IMG/VR virus record: IMGVR_UViG_3300032236_000718
Location: 1 to 64,000 of that record
Direction: 5' to 3' (one strand)
Source: a virus
DNA: 64,000 nucleotides
Made by a program: the position numbers and the translations under genes. The notes beneath the pieces were generated by a model, which saw only the letters and a program-made list of their open reading frames with translations, made no database searches and was not told the DNA's origin. The first letter of the stretch is position 1, and the number at the start of each line of letters is the position of its first letter. Positions 46,055 through 54,655 of this stretch are shown one piece after another.

Positions 46055-46082
46055 ATAGGTCCATTGTGGACCTATTTTTTTT
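46055..46082 (+). terminator. Terminator of the AGGTCCA/TGGACCT repeat family
   Basis: ATAGGTCCA-TTG-TGGACCTAT plus T-run. Confidence 0.8.
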
Positions 46083-46168
46083 ATGTCACAGCGAAAATAG
46101 TTGTGTACATTATTCTCAACTTATCGTACTGTAAGAATATAAGCTGTGGTTACACTATGGAGACTGTC

Positions 46169-46333
46169 ATGAACATGTACACTAAGATGATCGCTGAGGT
46201 TGTAGGCTGTGACACGGATCGGGCACTGCGCATTCAGGACTATATGGAGTCTGACATGGATGTAGACTTCTCTGAGTCGTCTGAGCGTGCGCTGAAGACG
46301 CTGATCAAGATGGCTGCGGAGTCTGTGCAATGA
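46169..46333 (+). CDS. Hypothetical early protein
   Basis: GGAGAC RBS after cassette 3. Confidence 0.7.
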   Translation: MNMYTKMIAEVVGCDTDRALRIQDYMESDMDVDFSESSERALKTLIKMAAESVQ

Positions 46334-46575
46334 GTCAGGAACTGATGATGCTGGAGCGGCTGCCTCTGGAGCGTGGCAAGCAGGTACTGAAGGAGCACCT
46401 GACTGAGGTGATCACTGATCCTGTTCAGCTGAAGATGATGCTGAACGACATCGACAGGAACTGCCGCAAGCCGTATGACGTGATGCGCATGTACTGGAAC
46501 AGCCGTCTGTCCTCTGAGGGTATGGGCGTGGCCAACTCTAGCTGGAGCCAGCGTAAAAAAGTTGTCGTGGGATAA
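46330..46575 (+). CDS. Hypothetical early protein
   Basis: ATGA coupling. Confidence 0.7.
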   Translation: MSQELMMLERLPLERGKQVLKEHLTEVITDPVQLKMMLNDIDRNCRKPYDVMRMYWNSRLSSEGMGVANSSWSQRKKVVVG

Positions 46576-46649
46576 AAATAGTTGTGTACATTATTCTTAT
46601 TATATCGTACTGTAAGAATATAAGTTGAACACACACACTGGAGACTACC

Positions 46650-47069
46650 ATGTCCACACGCTCGATGATCGCAGTCAATGATGAGACCGGCACCAAGGCA
46701 ATCTACTGCCACTTTGATGGATACCTTGAGAATGTCGGCATGAAGCTGCTGAATAACTGGAACACTCCTGAGCTCGTGAGTCAACTGATGGAGCTGGGAG
46801 ATCTCTCATCGCTGGGCACAGAGATCGGTGAGAAGCAAGACTTCGACCTACCTACCAACAGGGATTGGTGCCTAGCATACGGCCGTGACCGCAACGAGAA
46901 GGGAACAGAGGCAGGAACGTTCCACTCGCTCTTCTATGCCGAGGGAACTCACAAGGCAGTCGACTACTTCTATGTCTTTGAGAACGGCGAGTGGTCGTTT
47001 AAGCGCAATGGATACAAGTTCGGGTACTCATCCCTGAGAGAGTATGCCGAGGAACTAGCACAAAAATAA
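46650..47069 (+). CDS. Hypothetical early protein
   Basis: MSTRSMI..IYCHFDGY..G..L..GDLSSL..AYGRDR. Confidence 0.8.
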   Translation: MSTRSMIAVNDETGTKAIYCHFDGYLENVGMKLLNNWNTPELVSQLMELGDLSSLGTEIGEKQDFDLPTNRDWCLAYGRDRNEKGTEAGTFHSLFYAEGTHKAVDYFYVFENGEWSFKRNGYKFGYSSLREYAEELAQK

Positions 47070-47157
47070 TTCGCATGACACTAAAATAGTTGTGTACATA
47101 ATCAGAAGATTATCGTACTGTAAGAATATAAGTTGAACACACACACTGGAGACTACC

Positions 47158-47472
47158 ATGAATAAAGACCGTACTCTCGCCCTCACCTACATCCTCACTG
47201 AAGCCGGTATCGATGACCTCAATGCAGTCTATGAGGCTGTGAAGGTTCGCCGTGAGGAGCTCGCCAAGCAAGTCAAGTACAGCATCGCCAAGGGCACCAA
47301 GGTGACATTCACCGCAAAGGGATCCCTCTACAAGGGTGTGGTCCTGTCCGTGAAGGTCAAGAACGCCGTGGTGGAGTGCGAGGTACCGGGCACTGCCTAC
47401 AACGGCAAGATGCAGAAGATCCCCAACACCATCGCCTATAACGTACCACTCAGCATGTTGAAGGTCGCATAA
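47158..47472 (+). CDS. Hypothetical early protein (SH3-like C-terminus)
   Basis: After cassette 5. Confidence 0.75.
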   Translation: MNKDRTLALTYILTEAGIDDLNAVYEAVKVRREELAKQVKYSIAKGTKVTFTAKGSLYKGVVLSVKVKNAVVECEVPGTAYNGKMQKIPNTIAYNVPLSMLKVA

Positions 47473-47555
47473 AAAGTTTGTGTGACCCGCACTTTTTTGT
47501 GTACATTATCTTATTCTTATCGTACAGTAAGAATATAAGCTGAATGGAGATTGAC

Positions 47556-47660
47556 ATGCTTACAGTGATCCTTGCCTACGCCCCCTTCATAGAGATAGCA
47601 CTCGGCGGCATTGCCGTCTGTGCAGTGTACGAGTTCTTCTTCATGGGAGACGCACAATGA
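47556..47660 (+). CDS. 34-aa single-TM peptide, not in the ORF track
   Basis: GGAGA RBS after cassette 6; MLTVILAYAPFIEIALGGIAVCAVYEFFFMGDAQ. Confidence 0.6.
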   Translation: MLTVILAYAPFIEIALGGIAVCAVYEFFFMGDAQ

Positions 47661-47869
47661 ACGTATCACAAGCCAGTCAGGTCATTGACAACCTTCGCAA
47701 CCGGTATAACTTCGGTCTCTTGGAGATGCTGGAGATCATGACAGACGAGTATGAGTCTGGTGGCCTCAGCTACTTCCGTCAGGTGTACAGCCTAGAGGAG
47801 CGTCAGGCATACAACGTCCTGATGGATGGCTTCCGCACCATGTTCCACGGCGATGAGGTGGCAGCATGA
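47657..47869 (+). CDS. Hypothetical early protein
   Basis: GGAGAC RBS. Confidence 0.7.
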   Translation: MNVSQASQVIDNLRNRYNFGLLEMLEIMTDEYESGGLSYFRQVYSLEERQAYNVLMDGFRTMFHGDEVAA

Positions 47870-48060
47870 TGCAGTCATACGTCATCATTGAGGTAGATCC
47901 TACCTACCGTGAGTCCCATGTAGTGGCAGTCTTTGACGATGAGGACGCTGCGTTTGAGGCCCGCAAGATCACTGAGGGCCGTCTCAGCGAGTCCATGAAG
48001 GACCGTGGTGTGTACCATAAGATCACGGTGTTTGAGACCAACAAGCTATACCGTGGGTGA
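47866..48060 (+). CDS. Hypothetical early protein
   Basis: ATGA coupling, GAGG RBS. Confidence 0.7.
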   Translation: MMQSYVIIEVDPTYRESHVVAVFDDEDAAFEARKITEGRLSESMKDRGVYHKITVFETNKLYRG

Positions 48061-48142
48061 ATAGCTGCTATGACAAGAATAGTGTGTACATAATCCGCAT
48101 TATGTCTTACTGTAAGAATATAATGATTATGGAGATTGAGAT

Positions 48143-48286
48143 ATGACTACCGTGTTTACTGGCCAGAAGGCCTACGTCACCCGCAAGGTTCGGGACTACC
48201 ACAAGCGTGGTTGGGCTGTCACCAAGTGCCACAAGCACCCAGACGGCTCTGAGACTTACGTGATGACGTATGTAGGAAAGCGGTAA
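48143..48286 (+). CDS. 47-aa hypothetical early protein, not in the ORF track
   Basis: GGAGA RBS after cassette 7. Confidence 0.65.
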   Translation: MTTVFTGQKAYVTRKVRDYHKRGWAVTKCHKHPDGSETYVMTYVGKR

Positions 48287-48386
48287 GACCGCGCGCCCGG
48301 TGCGACTAGAGAGCACCCAGTAGGGGATCATGGCTAGCCGTGCTTCAGCGATTGATAAGCACCGGGCAAACATTTTGGAGATGATG

Positions 48387-48593
48387 ATGAAGTACGACTA
48401 TCTAAGCATCGAGCAGCTTCGGTCTGCTCTGGACCACATGGAAGCCAACTACTCTGCCGCCATGGACGGTGGGGCATACGGCTTGGCTGACGCCTTCCTT
48501 GACAAGATCACCGGTCTTGCCAATGAGCTGGCACACCGCTTCGACCACCTCATAGAGCAGGATAGCTACTCCCTTGAGGAGACCTTCGCCTGA
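48387..48593 (+). CDS. Hypothetical early protein
   Basis: GGAG RBS. Confidence 0.7.
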   Translation: MKYDYLSIEQLRSALDHMEANYSAAMDGGAYGLADAFLDKITGLANELAHRFDHLIEQDSYSLEETFA

Positions 48594-48686
48594 TAAGCAC
48601 CTGGGGTATAGCTGCTATGACGAGAATGGTGTGTACATAATTGGTTTGATGAGATACATTGGTATTATAAGCAATGGAGATACAAA

Positions 48687-48896
48687 ATGACTCTCATCAA
48701 AATCACCCTTCCCACCGACACCACCCTCTTCGACTTCCTCGACTTCCTCAACGCCTACTCCGCTAAACTCGTATCATCCGACAACCTCAATATCGACTTA
48801 CCTACCCAAACTGTAACTCTTGAATTCCCATCCAAACAATCCGCTCTCTCCGCACTCGACGAGATCGGATATCCACACCAAAACGTTTTTATCTAA
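48687..48896 (+). CDS. Hypothetical early protein
   Basis: After cassette 8. Confidence 0.7.
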   Translation: MTLIKITLPTDTTLFDFLDFLNAYSAKLVSSDNLNIDLPTQTVTLEFPSKQSALSALDEIGYPHQNVFI

Positions 48897-48920
48897 ACAC
48901 ACACATTAGGAGACACTACA

Positions 48921-49874
48921 ATGGCACACAATATCGAGATGGTCAACGGCAAGGCCCAGATGGCATACGTTGGCGAGACCCCATGGCACGGCCTTGGCAC
49001 ATCAGTCCCTGCAGACTTGACCCCAGCACAGATGCTGGAAGCAGCAGGCCTTGACTGGACTGTCCGCAAGGTTCCTGCCTTCGCTGAGGTTGCAGGCGAG
49101 AAGATCGCCGTGGGCAAGTCTGCCCTGGTACGGTCCTTCGACGACGCCCTCATCGACGTGGTCTCTGACGACTGGAACCCAGTGCAGAACCAGGAAGCGT
49201 TTGAGTTCTTCAACGACTTCGTGGCAGCTGGTGACATGGAGATGCACACTGCTGGATCCTTGCAGGATGGCAAGATCGTGTGGGGCATGGCCAAGATCAA
49301 GGACTCCTTTGAGCTCTTTGGTGGCGACAAGGTCGAGGGGCACCTGCTCTTCAGCAACTTCCACAAGTATGGCTACTCCACCGACGTTCGCTTTACCCCT
49401 ACCCGCGTGGTGTGCAACAACACCTTGGCTGTGGCTCTGGGTGAGGGCACCAACAACTTCTGCAAGATCTCTCACCGCAACAAGTTCGACGGTGACAACG
49501 TGAAGCAGATGCTGGGCATCGCCTCAGACAAGCTTGCCACCTACAAGGAGATGGCTGCTTACCTGGGTGCCAAGCGCTTCAATGACGAGTCGATCGTGGA
49601 GTACTTCACACGGGTGTTCCCTGTGACCTCCTCTGACTCCAAGAAAGAGAAGTCACGCAACGCTGAGTTGGCCATGCACGTCTTGCACGACCAGCCAGGG
49701 GCTAACTACGCAGAGGGTTCATGGTGGCAGGCATTCAACGCCGTCACGTACATGACGGACCACCTGATGGGTCGCAACTCAGACAGCCGCTTGTCGTCTG
49801 CCTGGTACGGCTACAACAAGGGCCTCAAGACAAAGGCCTTAGAGACTGCGATTGAGTTCGCAGAGGCAGCATAA
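48921..49874 (+). CDS. DUF932/DUF945-family protein
   Basis: ETPWHGLG, AGLDWTV, PVQNQEAF, TAGSL..G, RVVCNNTL, WQAFNAVT..DH. Confidence 0.88.
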   Translation: MAHNIEMVNGKAQMAYVGETPWHGLGTSVPADLTPAQMLEAAGLDWTVRKVPAFAEVAGEKIAVGKSALVRSFDDALIDVVSDDWNPVQNQEAFEFFNDFVAAGDMEMHTAGSLQDGKIVWGMAKIKDSFELFGGDKVEGHLLFSNFHKYGYSTDVRFTPTRVVCNNTLAVALGEGTNNFCKISHRNKFDGDNVKQMLGIASDKLATYKEMAAYLGAKRFNDESIVEYFTRVFPVTSSDSKKEKSRNAELAMHVLHDQPGANYAEGSWWQAFNAVTYMTDHLMGRNSDSRLSSAWYGYNKGLKTKALETAIEFAEAA

Positions 49875-50221
49875 TGTTTAAACAGGAGAAGACTATGTCA
49901 CGCAGACAACGCATCATCAGCCACATCAAGCGCAACTACAGCAATGGGCAGGAGTTCCACTCCACCCGAGTGTCCCAGGAGATGGGCATCGACGTCAGCT
50001 TGGTCTCAGCCGTCATTGGCGAGATCCGTGACCAGGGCATGTTGACCATGGTACGGTCAGAGGCCGGACAGGGTGGACGCCGCCTTCGACACGTGTACGT
50101 CATGGCAAACGCCAAGTCGTCATTTGCCAAGAAGGTGTTGCAGACGATCGGCCACAAGACTCTGTCAGACTACTCGGATGAGGACATCTTGGCAGAGATC
50201 CAGCGGCGCATTGCAGCATGA
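49874..50221 (+). CDS. Possible winged-helix DNA-binding protein
   Basis: HTH-like spacing followed by GGRR..VY wing. Confidence 0.5.
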   Translation: MFKQEKTMSRRQRIISHIKRNYSNGQEFHSTRVSQEMGIDVSLVSAVIGEIRDQGMLTMVRSEAGQGGRRLRHVYVMANAKSSFAKKVLQTIGHKTLSDYSDEDILAEIQRRIAA

Positions 50222-50400
50222 GGCAGCTGCTAGTACCACGGCTGGAGACCCTTCGTGAGATGTGGTCTTTGGCACTTGACCTATACACGGCTGCGGAGAC
50301 AGTGGAAGCTCCTCCCAAGACTATGCTAGTGTTGAACACCCTGATGGATGACATCGCCGAGATGATTAAGGAGATCGAGAGTGAAGAAGATCATAGTTGA
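50218..50400 (+). CDS. Hypothetical protein
   Basis: ATGA coupling. Confidence 0.6.
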   Translation: MRQLLVPRLETLREMWSLALDLYTAAETVEAPPKTMLVLNTLMDDIAEMIKEIESEEDHS

Positions 50401-50575
50401 GTATATACTAACGCCACTGGTGATGGTAGGCCCCTTCTTGTTGCTGGGGTTCATCATCTACGACTCCTACGAGCAGGAGAAGAGCCTGAGGTTTGCCTGT
50501 GAGACGCTGGGTGGGGTCTATGTCGACCACACGATCTGCATCGAGGGCAAGAACTTATTTGTAGGTGTCAAGTGA
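50381..50575 (+). CDS. Small membrane protein
   Basis: AAGGAG RBS, TM plus C..LGG..C. Confidence 0.65.
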   Translation: MKKIIVEYILTPLVMVGPFLLLGFIIYDSYEQEKSLRFACETLGGVYVDHTICIEGKNLFVGVK

Positions 50576-51012
50576 GTGTCGTGGTGTTTGACATCGACGG
50601 CACTATCGCCGACAACAGCCACCGCCAGCACCACCTCATGGGTGGCAAGAAGGACTGGAAGAGCTACAACGCCACCATGCTGGATGACGGCAAGATCTTT
50701 GACGTCGCCTTGTTGCTGATGGAGTTGTCCGAGAAGCACCCCATCATTCTCTGTACTGGCCGTGAGGAGGACTACCGTCCTGTCACTTGGACTTGGCTGG
50801 AGAGGAATGGTCTGGACTCGTATGTGCACGACATCTACATGCGACCACACTTGGACTATCGCTCAGATGCTATTGTCAAGGTCGAGCTCCTCAACCGTAT
50901 CAAGGAAGACTATGGTACTCCATTCCTCTGGTTCGATGATCGCCAGAAGGTGGTGGATTCTATTAGGGCACAGGGCATTCGCGTCATGCAGGTAGCCCCT
51001 GGGGACTTCTAA
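50572..51012 (+). CDS. HAD phosphatase, PNKP 3'-phosphatase-like
   Basis: FDIDGT, TGR, MRP..D.RSD..VK, FDDRQKVV. Confidence 0.88.
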   Translation: MSVVVFDIDGTIADNSHRQHHLMGGKKDWKSYNATMLDDGKIFDVALLLMELSEKHPIILCTGREEDYRPVTWTWLERNGLDSYVHDIYMRPHLDYRSDAIVKVELLNRIKEDYGTPFLWFDDRQKVVDSIRAQGIRVMQVAPGDF

Positions 51013-51052
51013 GCTATACTGAAACGGTATAGCAGCTATGCAGCAGGGTGGG

Positions 51053-51081
51053 TGTACTTAATGCCCGCCCTGTAATACTAT
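51053..51081 (+). promoter_or_regulatory. Early promoter TGTACT-N17-TACTAT
   Basis: Followed by AGAATATAAGC-TATGGAGA as in the cassette array. Confidence 0.75.
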
Positions 51082-51106
51082 CAGAATATAAGCTATGGAG
51101 ATAAAC

Positions 51107-51214
51107 ATGCTAGAGATCGGACCCAACTTAATGGTGGCTATTCAGACACTCTGTGGAGTGCTAGGCGTGTGCGCCTTGTTGTTTTTCATGTACAGACTGG
51201 TGAGTGATAACTGA
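51107..51214 (+). CDS. 35-aa single-TM peptide, not in the ORF track
   Basis: GGAGA RBS; TGATG coupling to the next gene. Confidence 0.55.
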   Translation: MLEIGPNLMVAIQTLCGVLGVCALLFFMYRLVSDN

Positions 51215-51516
51215 TGACTAAGATCGTATACAACGCGTGCTTCGGCGGCTTTGGGCTGTCAGACAAGGCAGTCGCTCGCTACTGGGAGATCAAGGGATTG
51301 CCAGCGCCTGACAACTTCTCTCGGTTCGATCTGGAGGATGATCGTGCAGACCCCATCTTGGTGCAGGTAGTCGAGGAGCTGGGTCAGGATGCAGGCGATG
51401 CGTTCTCTGACCTGTATATACGCGAGCTCCCTGAGGGGACTCTGTACCGCATCGACGAGTATGACGGCATGGAGACTGTCATGACGCAGGACGAGTACAC
51501 ATGGAAGGTGGCGTGA
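51214..51516 (+). CDS. Hypothetical phage protein
   Basis: NACFGGFGLS..R.DP.LVQVVEELG..IDEYDGME. Confidence 0.8.
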   Translation: MTKIVYNACFGGFGLSDKAVARYWEIKGLPAPDNFSRFDLEDDRADPILVQVVEELGQDAGDAFSDLYIRELPEGTLYRIDEYDGMETVMTQDEYTWKVA

Positions 51517-51833
51517 TGGGTGCAAGAGAGGACATACACGAGCTGCGTGCCGTCATAGCTACGCACGACGTGGTCTATGGTGACAGGATCAAAAGACTTG
51601 AAGAAGAGCGCGAGATGTTAATCGAAGCTTTATGGCAAGTACTTGATGATATGGGTTCTGAGGGTAAGTCTGTTTGTGGTGGAACAAAAGCAGAAGCAAG
51701 GTATGCTCTGGGTTATAATATTGATCCAGAATTAGATCATTATCCTCTTGATCGTGCTATTTCTGTTTTGGTTGAAATTGGTGACTATGAATCTGCCGAG
51801 CAAGCTTATGCAAGACTGGAAAGGTTTAAGTGA
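51516..51833 (+). CDS. Hypothetical protein
   Basis: Coupled ORF. Confidence 0.65.
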   Translation: MGAREDIHELRAVIATHDVVYGDRIKRLEEEREMLIEALWQVLDDMGSEGKSVCGGTKAEARYALGYNIDPELDHYPLDRAISVLVEIGDYESAEQAYARLERFK

Positions 51834-52102
51834 TGTTTGATTACTATTACAGCATTAACGAGAAGGTAGAAAACATTGTTTTTGCAGAATGTAAGACAAT
51901 GCCTGAAGTTCAAAAAGATGAGCGTGACTTTGAGTTGATGGCTGAGATAATTGTCGATGAATATGAAATGCACTCAGAGGTGTTCTCTATGCATGAGCCT
52001 GTATTTGTGCATTTTTGGAATGATAAATTCGAATATATCGGTGAGTACATTGTCAATATTCACACGACAAGATTGTATTATGCTAGCAAGGTTAGAAATT
52101 GA
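51830..52102 (+). CDS. Hypothetical protein
   Basis: Coupled ORF. Confidence 0.6.
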   Translation: MMFDYYYSINEKVENIVFAECKTMPEVQKDERDFELMAEIIVDEYEMHSEVFSMHEPVFVHFWNDKFEYIGEYIVNIHTTRLYYASKVRN

Positions 52103-52341
52103 TGCACATCGACGGCTTCGTGATTGTTCCTCCTCTCAATCCTTGGGATAAGAATAACAAAGATATTGTACCACACATGTCTTATGATACTTTCGGCTTA
52201 ACAGCAACGGAAGCTTGGGCTAGACATGCTCAGGCGCAACCAAGTGAGGATGACTTCTCACGGAGAGTTCAAGCTTGGCATGACAAAGGATATCGCCTCA
52301 GAGAAGCCACACTAACCATCAAGGAAAGCCCATCAGAATAA
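52099..52341 (+). CDS. Hypothetical protein
   Basis: Coupled ORF. Confidence 0.65.
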   Translation: MMHIDGFVIVPPLNPWDKNNKDIVPHMSYDTFGLTATEAWARHAQAQPSEDDFSRRVQAWHDKGYRLREATLTIKESPSE

Positions 52342-52344
52342 CTG

Positions 52345-52373
52345 TGTACAAAATTCCCGATAAGGTATACAGT
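52345..52373 (+). promoter_or_regulatory. Early promoter TGTACA-N17-TACAGT
   Basis: Recurring motif. Confidence 0.75.
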
Positions 52374-52398
52374 GGGTCTATGATCAACGGAGGTAAAC

Positions 52399-52857
52399 AT
52401 GCACCCCACAGAGTACGAAGTAAATCGAATACTAATATGGATCTCTAGCCCCCAGGCAGATAAACCGTTTACGCGAGATACCATAATCAACCAGCTGGCG
52501 CCTATCAGCTTTAGACTCGTCGACTATATCCTTAATCGGGAGGTCAAGAGGGGCAGCATCTATAAGAGTGGCCCGACAGGTACGTACTACATGAGAAAGG
52601 ACTCAAACATGATGAGCGATATTGATAAGCGTCTGAGCGATCTAGAGGTCAAGTACAAGTGGCTCGAGGGAGTCGTGGCAAAGATGCACGGGAAGAAGCC
52701 AGAGAAGCAGCGACTGTGGAGTGCCACCGCCCCAATCCCTCGCGAGGTCGAGTATATCGACATCATGTACACTGACGGTCGTGTCGTTGAGAACCACTAC
52801 ATCGGTAAGATGCCTCTCGTGGGAAGTGACGTGCTGGCGTGGCGGGAGGCTAAGTGA
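52399..52857 (+). CDS. Hypothetical protein
   Basis: GGAGG RBS. Confidence 0.7.
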   Translation: MHPTEYEVNRILIWISSPQADKPFTRDTIINQLAPISFRLVDYILNREVKRGSIYKSGPTGTYYMRKDSNMMSDIDKRLSDLEVKYKWLEGVVAKMHGKKPEKQRLWSATAPIPREVEYIDIMYTDGRVVENHYIGKMPLVGSDVLAWREAK

Positions 52858-53019
52858 TGAATATCAGGGTCTTACACTTCTTGATGACAGTAGTATTCGT
52901 GGTGCTGGGATGCACTCTACTGGGTTACGGAACAAACTGGCAGGTAGGCACAGGCACCTTCTTCATCATATGGGGAGCTGGCGGTCTACTAGAGGTCTTA
53001 TCGAATAAGGTGCAATAAC

Positions 53020-53283
53020 ATGGATGAGGAAGTAAAAAAGCTCTGTGACGACCTGTGCACCGAGTGGGTCAAGAGCAATACAAACACCCCTATCCGCATG
53101 TATGAGTACACGCTCTCGGGTCGCGCTGAGAATAAGCTAGCCAGTCTCGGTAATGAAGTAGGTCGCCTACGCCGAGAGGCCGTTGTACTCAAGACAGAGT
53201 CCGAGACCTGGAAGCAGTGCTACCTCGAGCAGGTGAGAGAGAACGTATTGATGCAGGCATCTATCCTTAAAGGAGATAAGTAA
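53020..53283 (+). CDS. Hypothetical protein
   Basis: AAGG RBS. Confidence 0.65.
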   Translation: MDEEVKKLCDDLCTEWVKSNTNTPIRMYEYTLSGRAENKLASLGNEVGRLRREAVVLKTESETWKQCYLEQVRENVLMQASILKGDK

Positions 53284-53421
53284 TGAGCAACGATAAGATC
53301 GAGGAGTTTGCCATTCGAGTTGCTCTGGGCAACAACGGCGGCAAGTGGGCTACCCACTACAACGAGGACCAGAAAGAGCACTGGCGTCAGTTCATACGTG
53401 ACCTAATCAAGGAGTTAGACA

Positions 53422-53841
53422 ATGAATAACCTATCACTAGTGATCTACCTAGCAGAGGTGATACCAAATATCGGTGGCATCTTTCTGTTCACGACGATCT
53501 TTTCTGTAATCGTGACGGTCATATCTGGCATCGTCTATCTAGTAAGTCGAACAGAGGCATATGAGTCTGAGCGTATGGGGCACAAGCACTTCCGCCTACA
53601 GGAGGAAAAGAATGCGGCCTTGGGTGCTAGGATCTTCCGATGGGCAACAGTGGCATTCTGCGTGTCAGTCATTCCAGCCAACATAATTCCCAAGCGCGAC
53701 ACCATCATGATGATCGCTGCGTCCGAGTTTGGCGAGACCGCCCTGAAGAGCGACGACGTTCAGGAGATCGTCAACCCTGCCAAGAAGATCCTCAAGAACT
53801 GGATCAACGACCAGCTCGCCCAGTCGGAGAAGAAGAAATGA
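53422..53841 (+). CDS. Two-TM membrane protein
   Basis: IYLAEV..IPKRDTIMMIAASE.GE. Confidence 0.75.
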   Translation: MNNLSLVIYLAEVIPNIGGIFLFTTIFSVIVTVISGIVYLVSRTEAYESERMGHKHFRLQEEKNAALGARIFRWATVAFCVSVIPANIIPKRDTIMMIAASEFGETALKSDDVQEIVNPAKKILKNWINDQLAQSEKKK

Positions 53842-54110
53842 TGGTGCACACGACAGACGACGATGACTTATGGTTCAAGAAAAGAAAGCTTGAGGGTAGC
53901 AAGCTTACACTCGAGGTGTCTCAGAGAGTAGTCGAGAAGTTCCAACGGCTCATTGGGTATTTGAGTCCTAATGACTGGCAAGAGCTCGACGCTAAATTGA
54001 TCGACTTCTCCGAGAAGATGGAGTATAAGTACCGCGTGAGCGAGTGGAAGTGCCCTATTAATATGAAGGGATGCAAGAGCAACTGTGGAGACTATGGCTG
54101 TGGCAACTGA
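53838..54110 (+). CDS. Hypothetical protein with Cys-rich tail
   Basis: CP....GC..NCGDYGCGN. Confidence 0.65.
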   Translation: MMVHTTDDDDLWFKKRKLEGSKLTLEVSQRVVEKFQRLIGYLSPNDWQELDAKLIDFSEKMEYKYRVSEWKCPINMKGCKSNCGDYGCGN

Positions 54111-54330
54111 TATCCCTGAGGAGTTCAAGATCGTATCTGAGGACGTCGACGCCTACCTTGAACGGCTGAAGAAGATCCTATCACTAGAGCAGCGTAACGG
54201 CAGGTACCGTGACTTCGTCATGTCCTTCGCCAACGAGCCCATGGAGATGAGCTTCGAGAAAGTTCCTGTACAGTACGACTACTGGAGGAGAATGGCTCGT
54301 CAACTATTAAATGAGTTGGAAGATGAATAA
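54085..54330 (+). CDS. Hypothetical protein
   Basis: GGAG RBS. Confidence 0.6.
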   Translation: METMAVATDIPEEFKIVSEDVDAYLERLKKILSLEQRNGRYRDFVMSFANEPMEMSFEKVPVQYDYWRRMARQLLNELEDE

Positions 54331-54334
54331 GATG

Positions 54335-54362
54335 TGTACAAAACCACAGATCTGTGTATAAT
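54335..54362 (+). promoter_or_regulatory. Early promoter TGTACA-N16-TATAAT
   Basis: Recurring motif. Confidence 0.75.
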
Positions 54363-54394
54363 AGATATATCAAACAGCAAACAGTGAGTACATC

Positions 54395-54655
54395 ATGAAC
54401 AAGCGTAAACTAGTGACAAACAGAGAGGACTACAATATGGAAGACTATGACAACTACCACGTAGACTGCAGCTTCAGCTTCAACCAGACTGGGCACCACG
54501 ACGAGCGTTTCCCTGACACCAACATGATTATGACCTTTGACGCCACAGACGCTACTATCGACACGATGTGCCGCCAGTTCGAGACCCTTCTCAGGGCAAT
54601 GGGTTATGTCTTTGACGGTCGCCACCTCGCAATGGTCGACGGAGACCCGATGTGA
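54395..54655 (+). CDS. Hypothetical protein
   Basis: FETLLRAMGYVF. Confidence 0.7.
   Translation: MNKRKLVTNREDYNMEDYDNYHVDCSFSFNQTGHHDERFPDTNMIMTFDATDATIDTMCRQFETLLRAMGYVFDGRHLAMVDGDPM

Larger units (their letters stand above)
44960..48690 (+). repeat. Array of 8 repeated early-promoter/RBS cassettes (-35 boxes at 44970, 45758, 46104, 46585, 47093, 47500, 48085, 48632)
   Basis: TGTACA-N12-TATCGTACTGTAAGAATATAAG..GGAGA recurs; 46603-46652 and 47111-47160 are identical over 50 nt. Confidence 0.92.

Noticed and set aside
44960-48690. CRISPR array, given the recurring 22-mer and a Cas4-like exonuclease upstream
   Set aside because: The repeats are hundreds of nt apart, separated by whole genes, and parse as promoters. 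The exonuclease lacks Cas4 Cys clusters and is the usual phoH neighbour.
48893-49503. Long antisense and alternative-frame ORFs over the DUF932 gene, and similar shadows elsewhere
   Set aside because: By-products of codon bias in real genes; no RBS or motifs.
50572-51012. HAD protein as the missing GmhB
   Set aside because: The motifs (DIDGT, TGR, R.D..VK, DDR) match PNKP phosphatases rather than GmhB (DRDG, TNQSG, CRKP).
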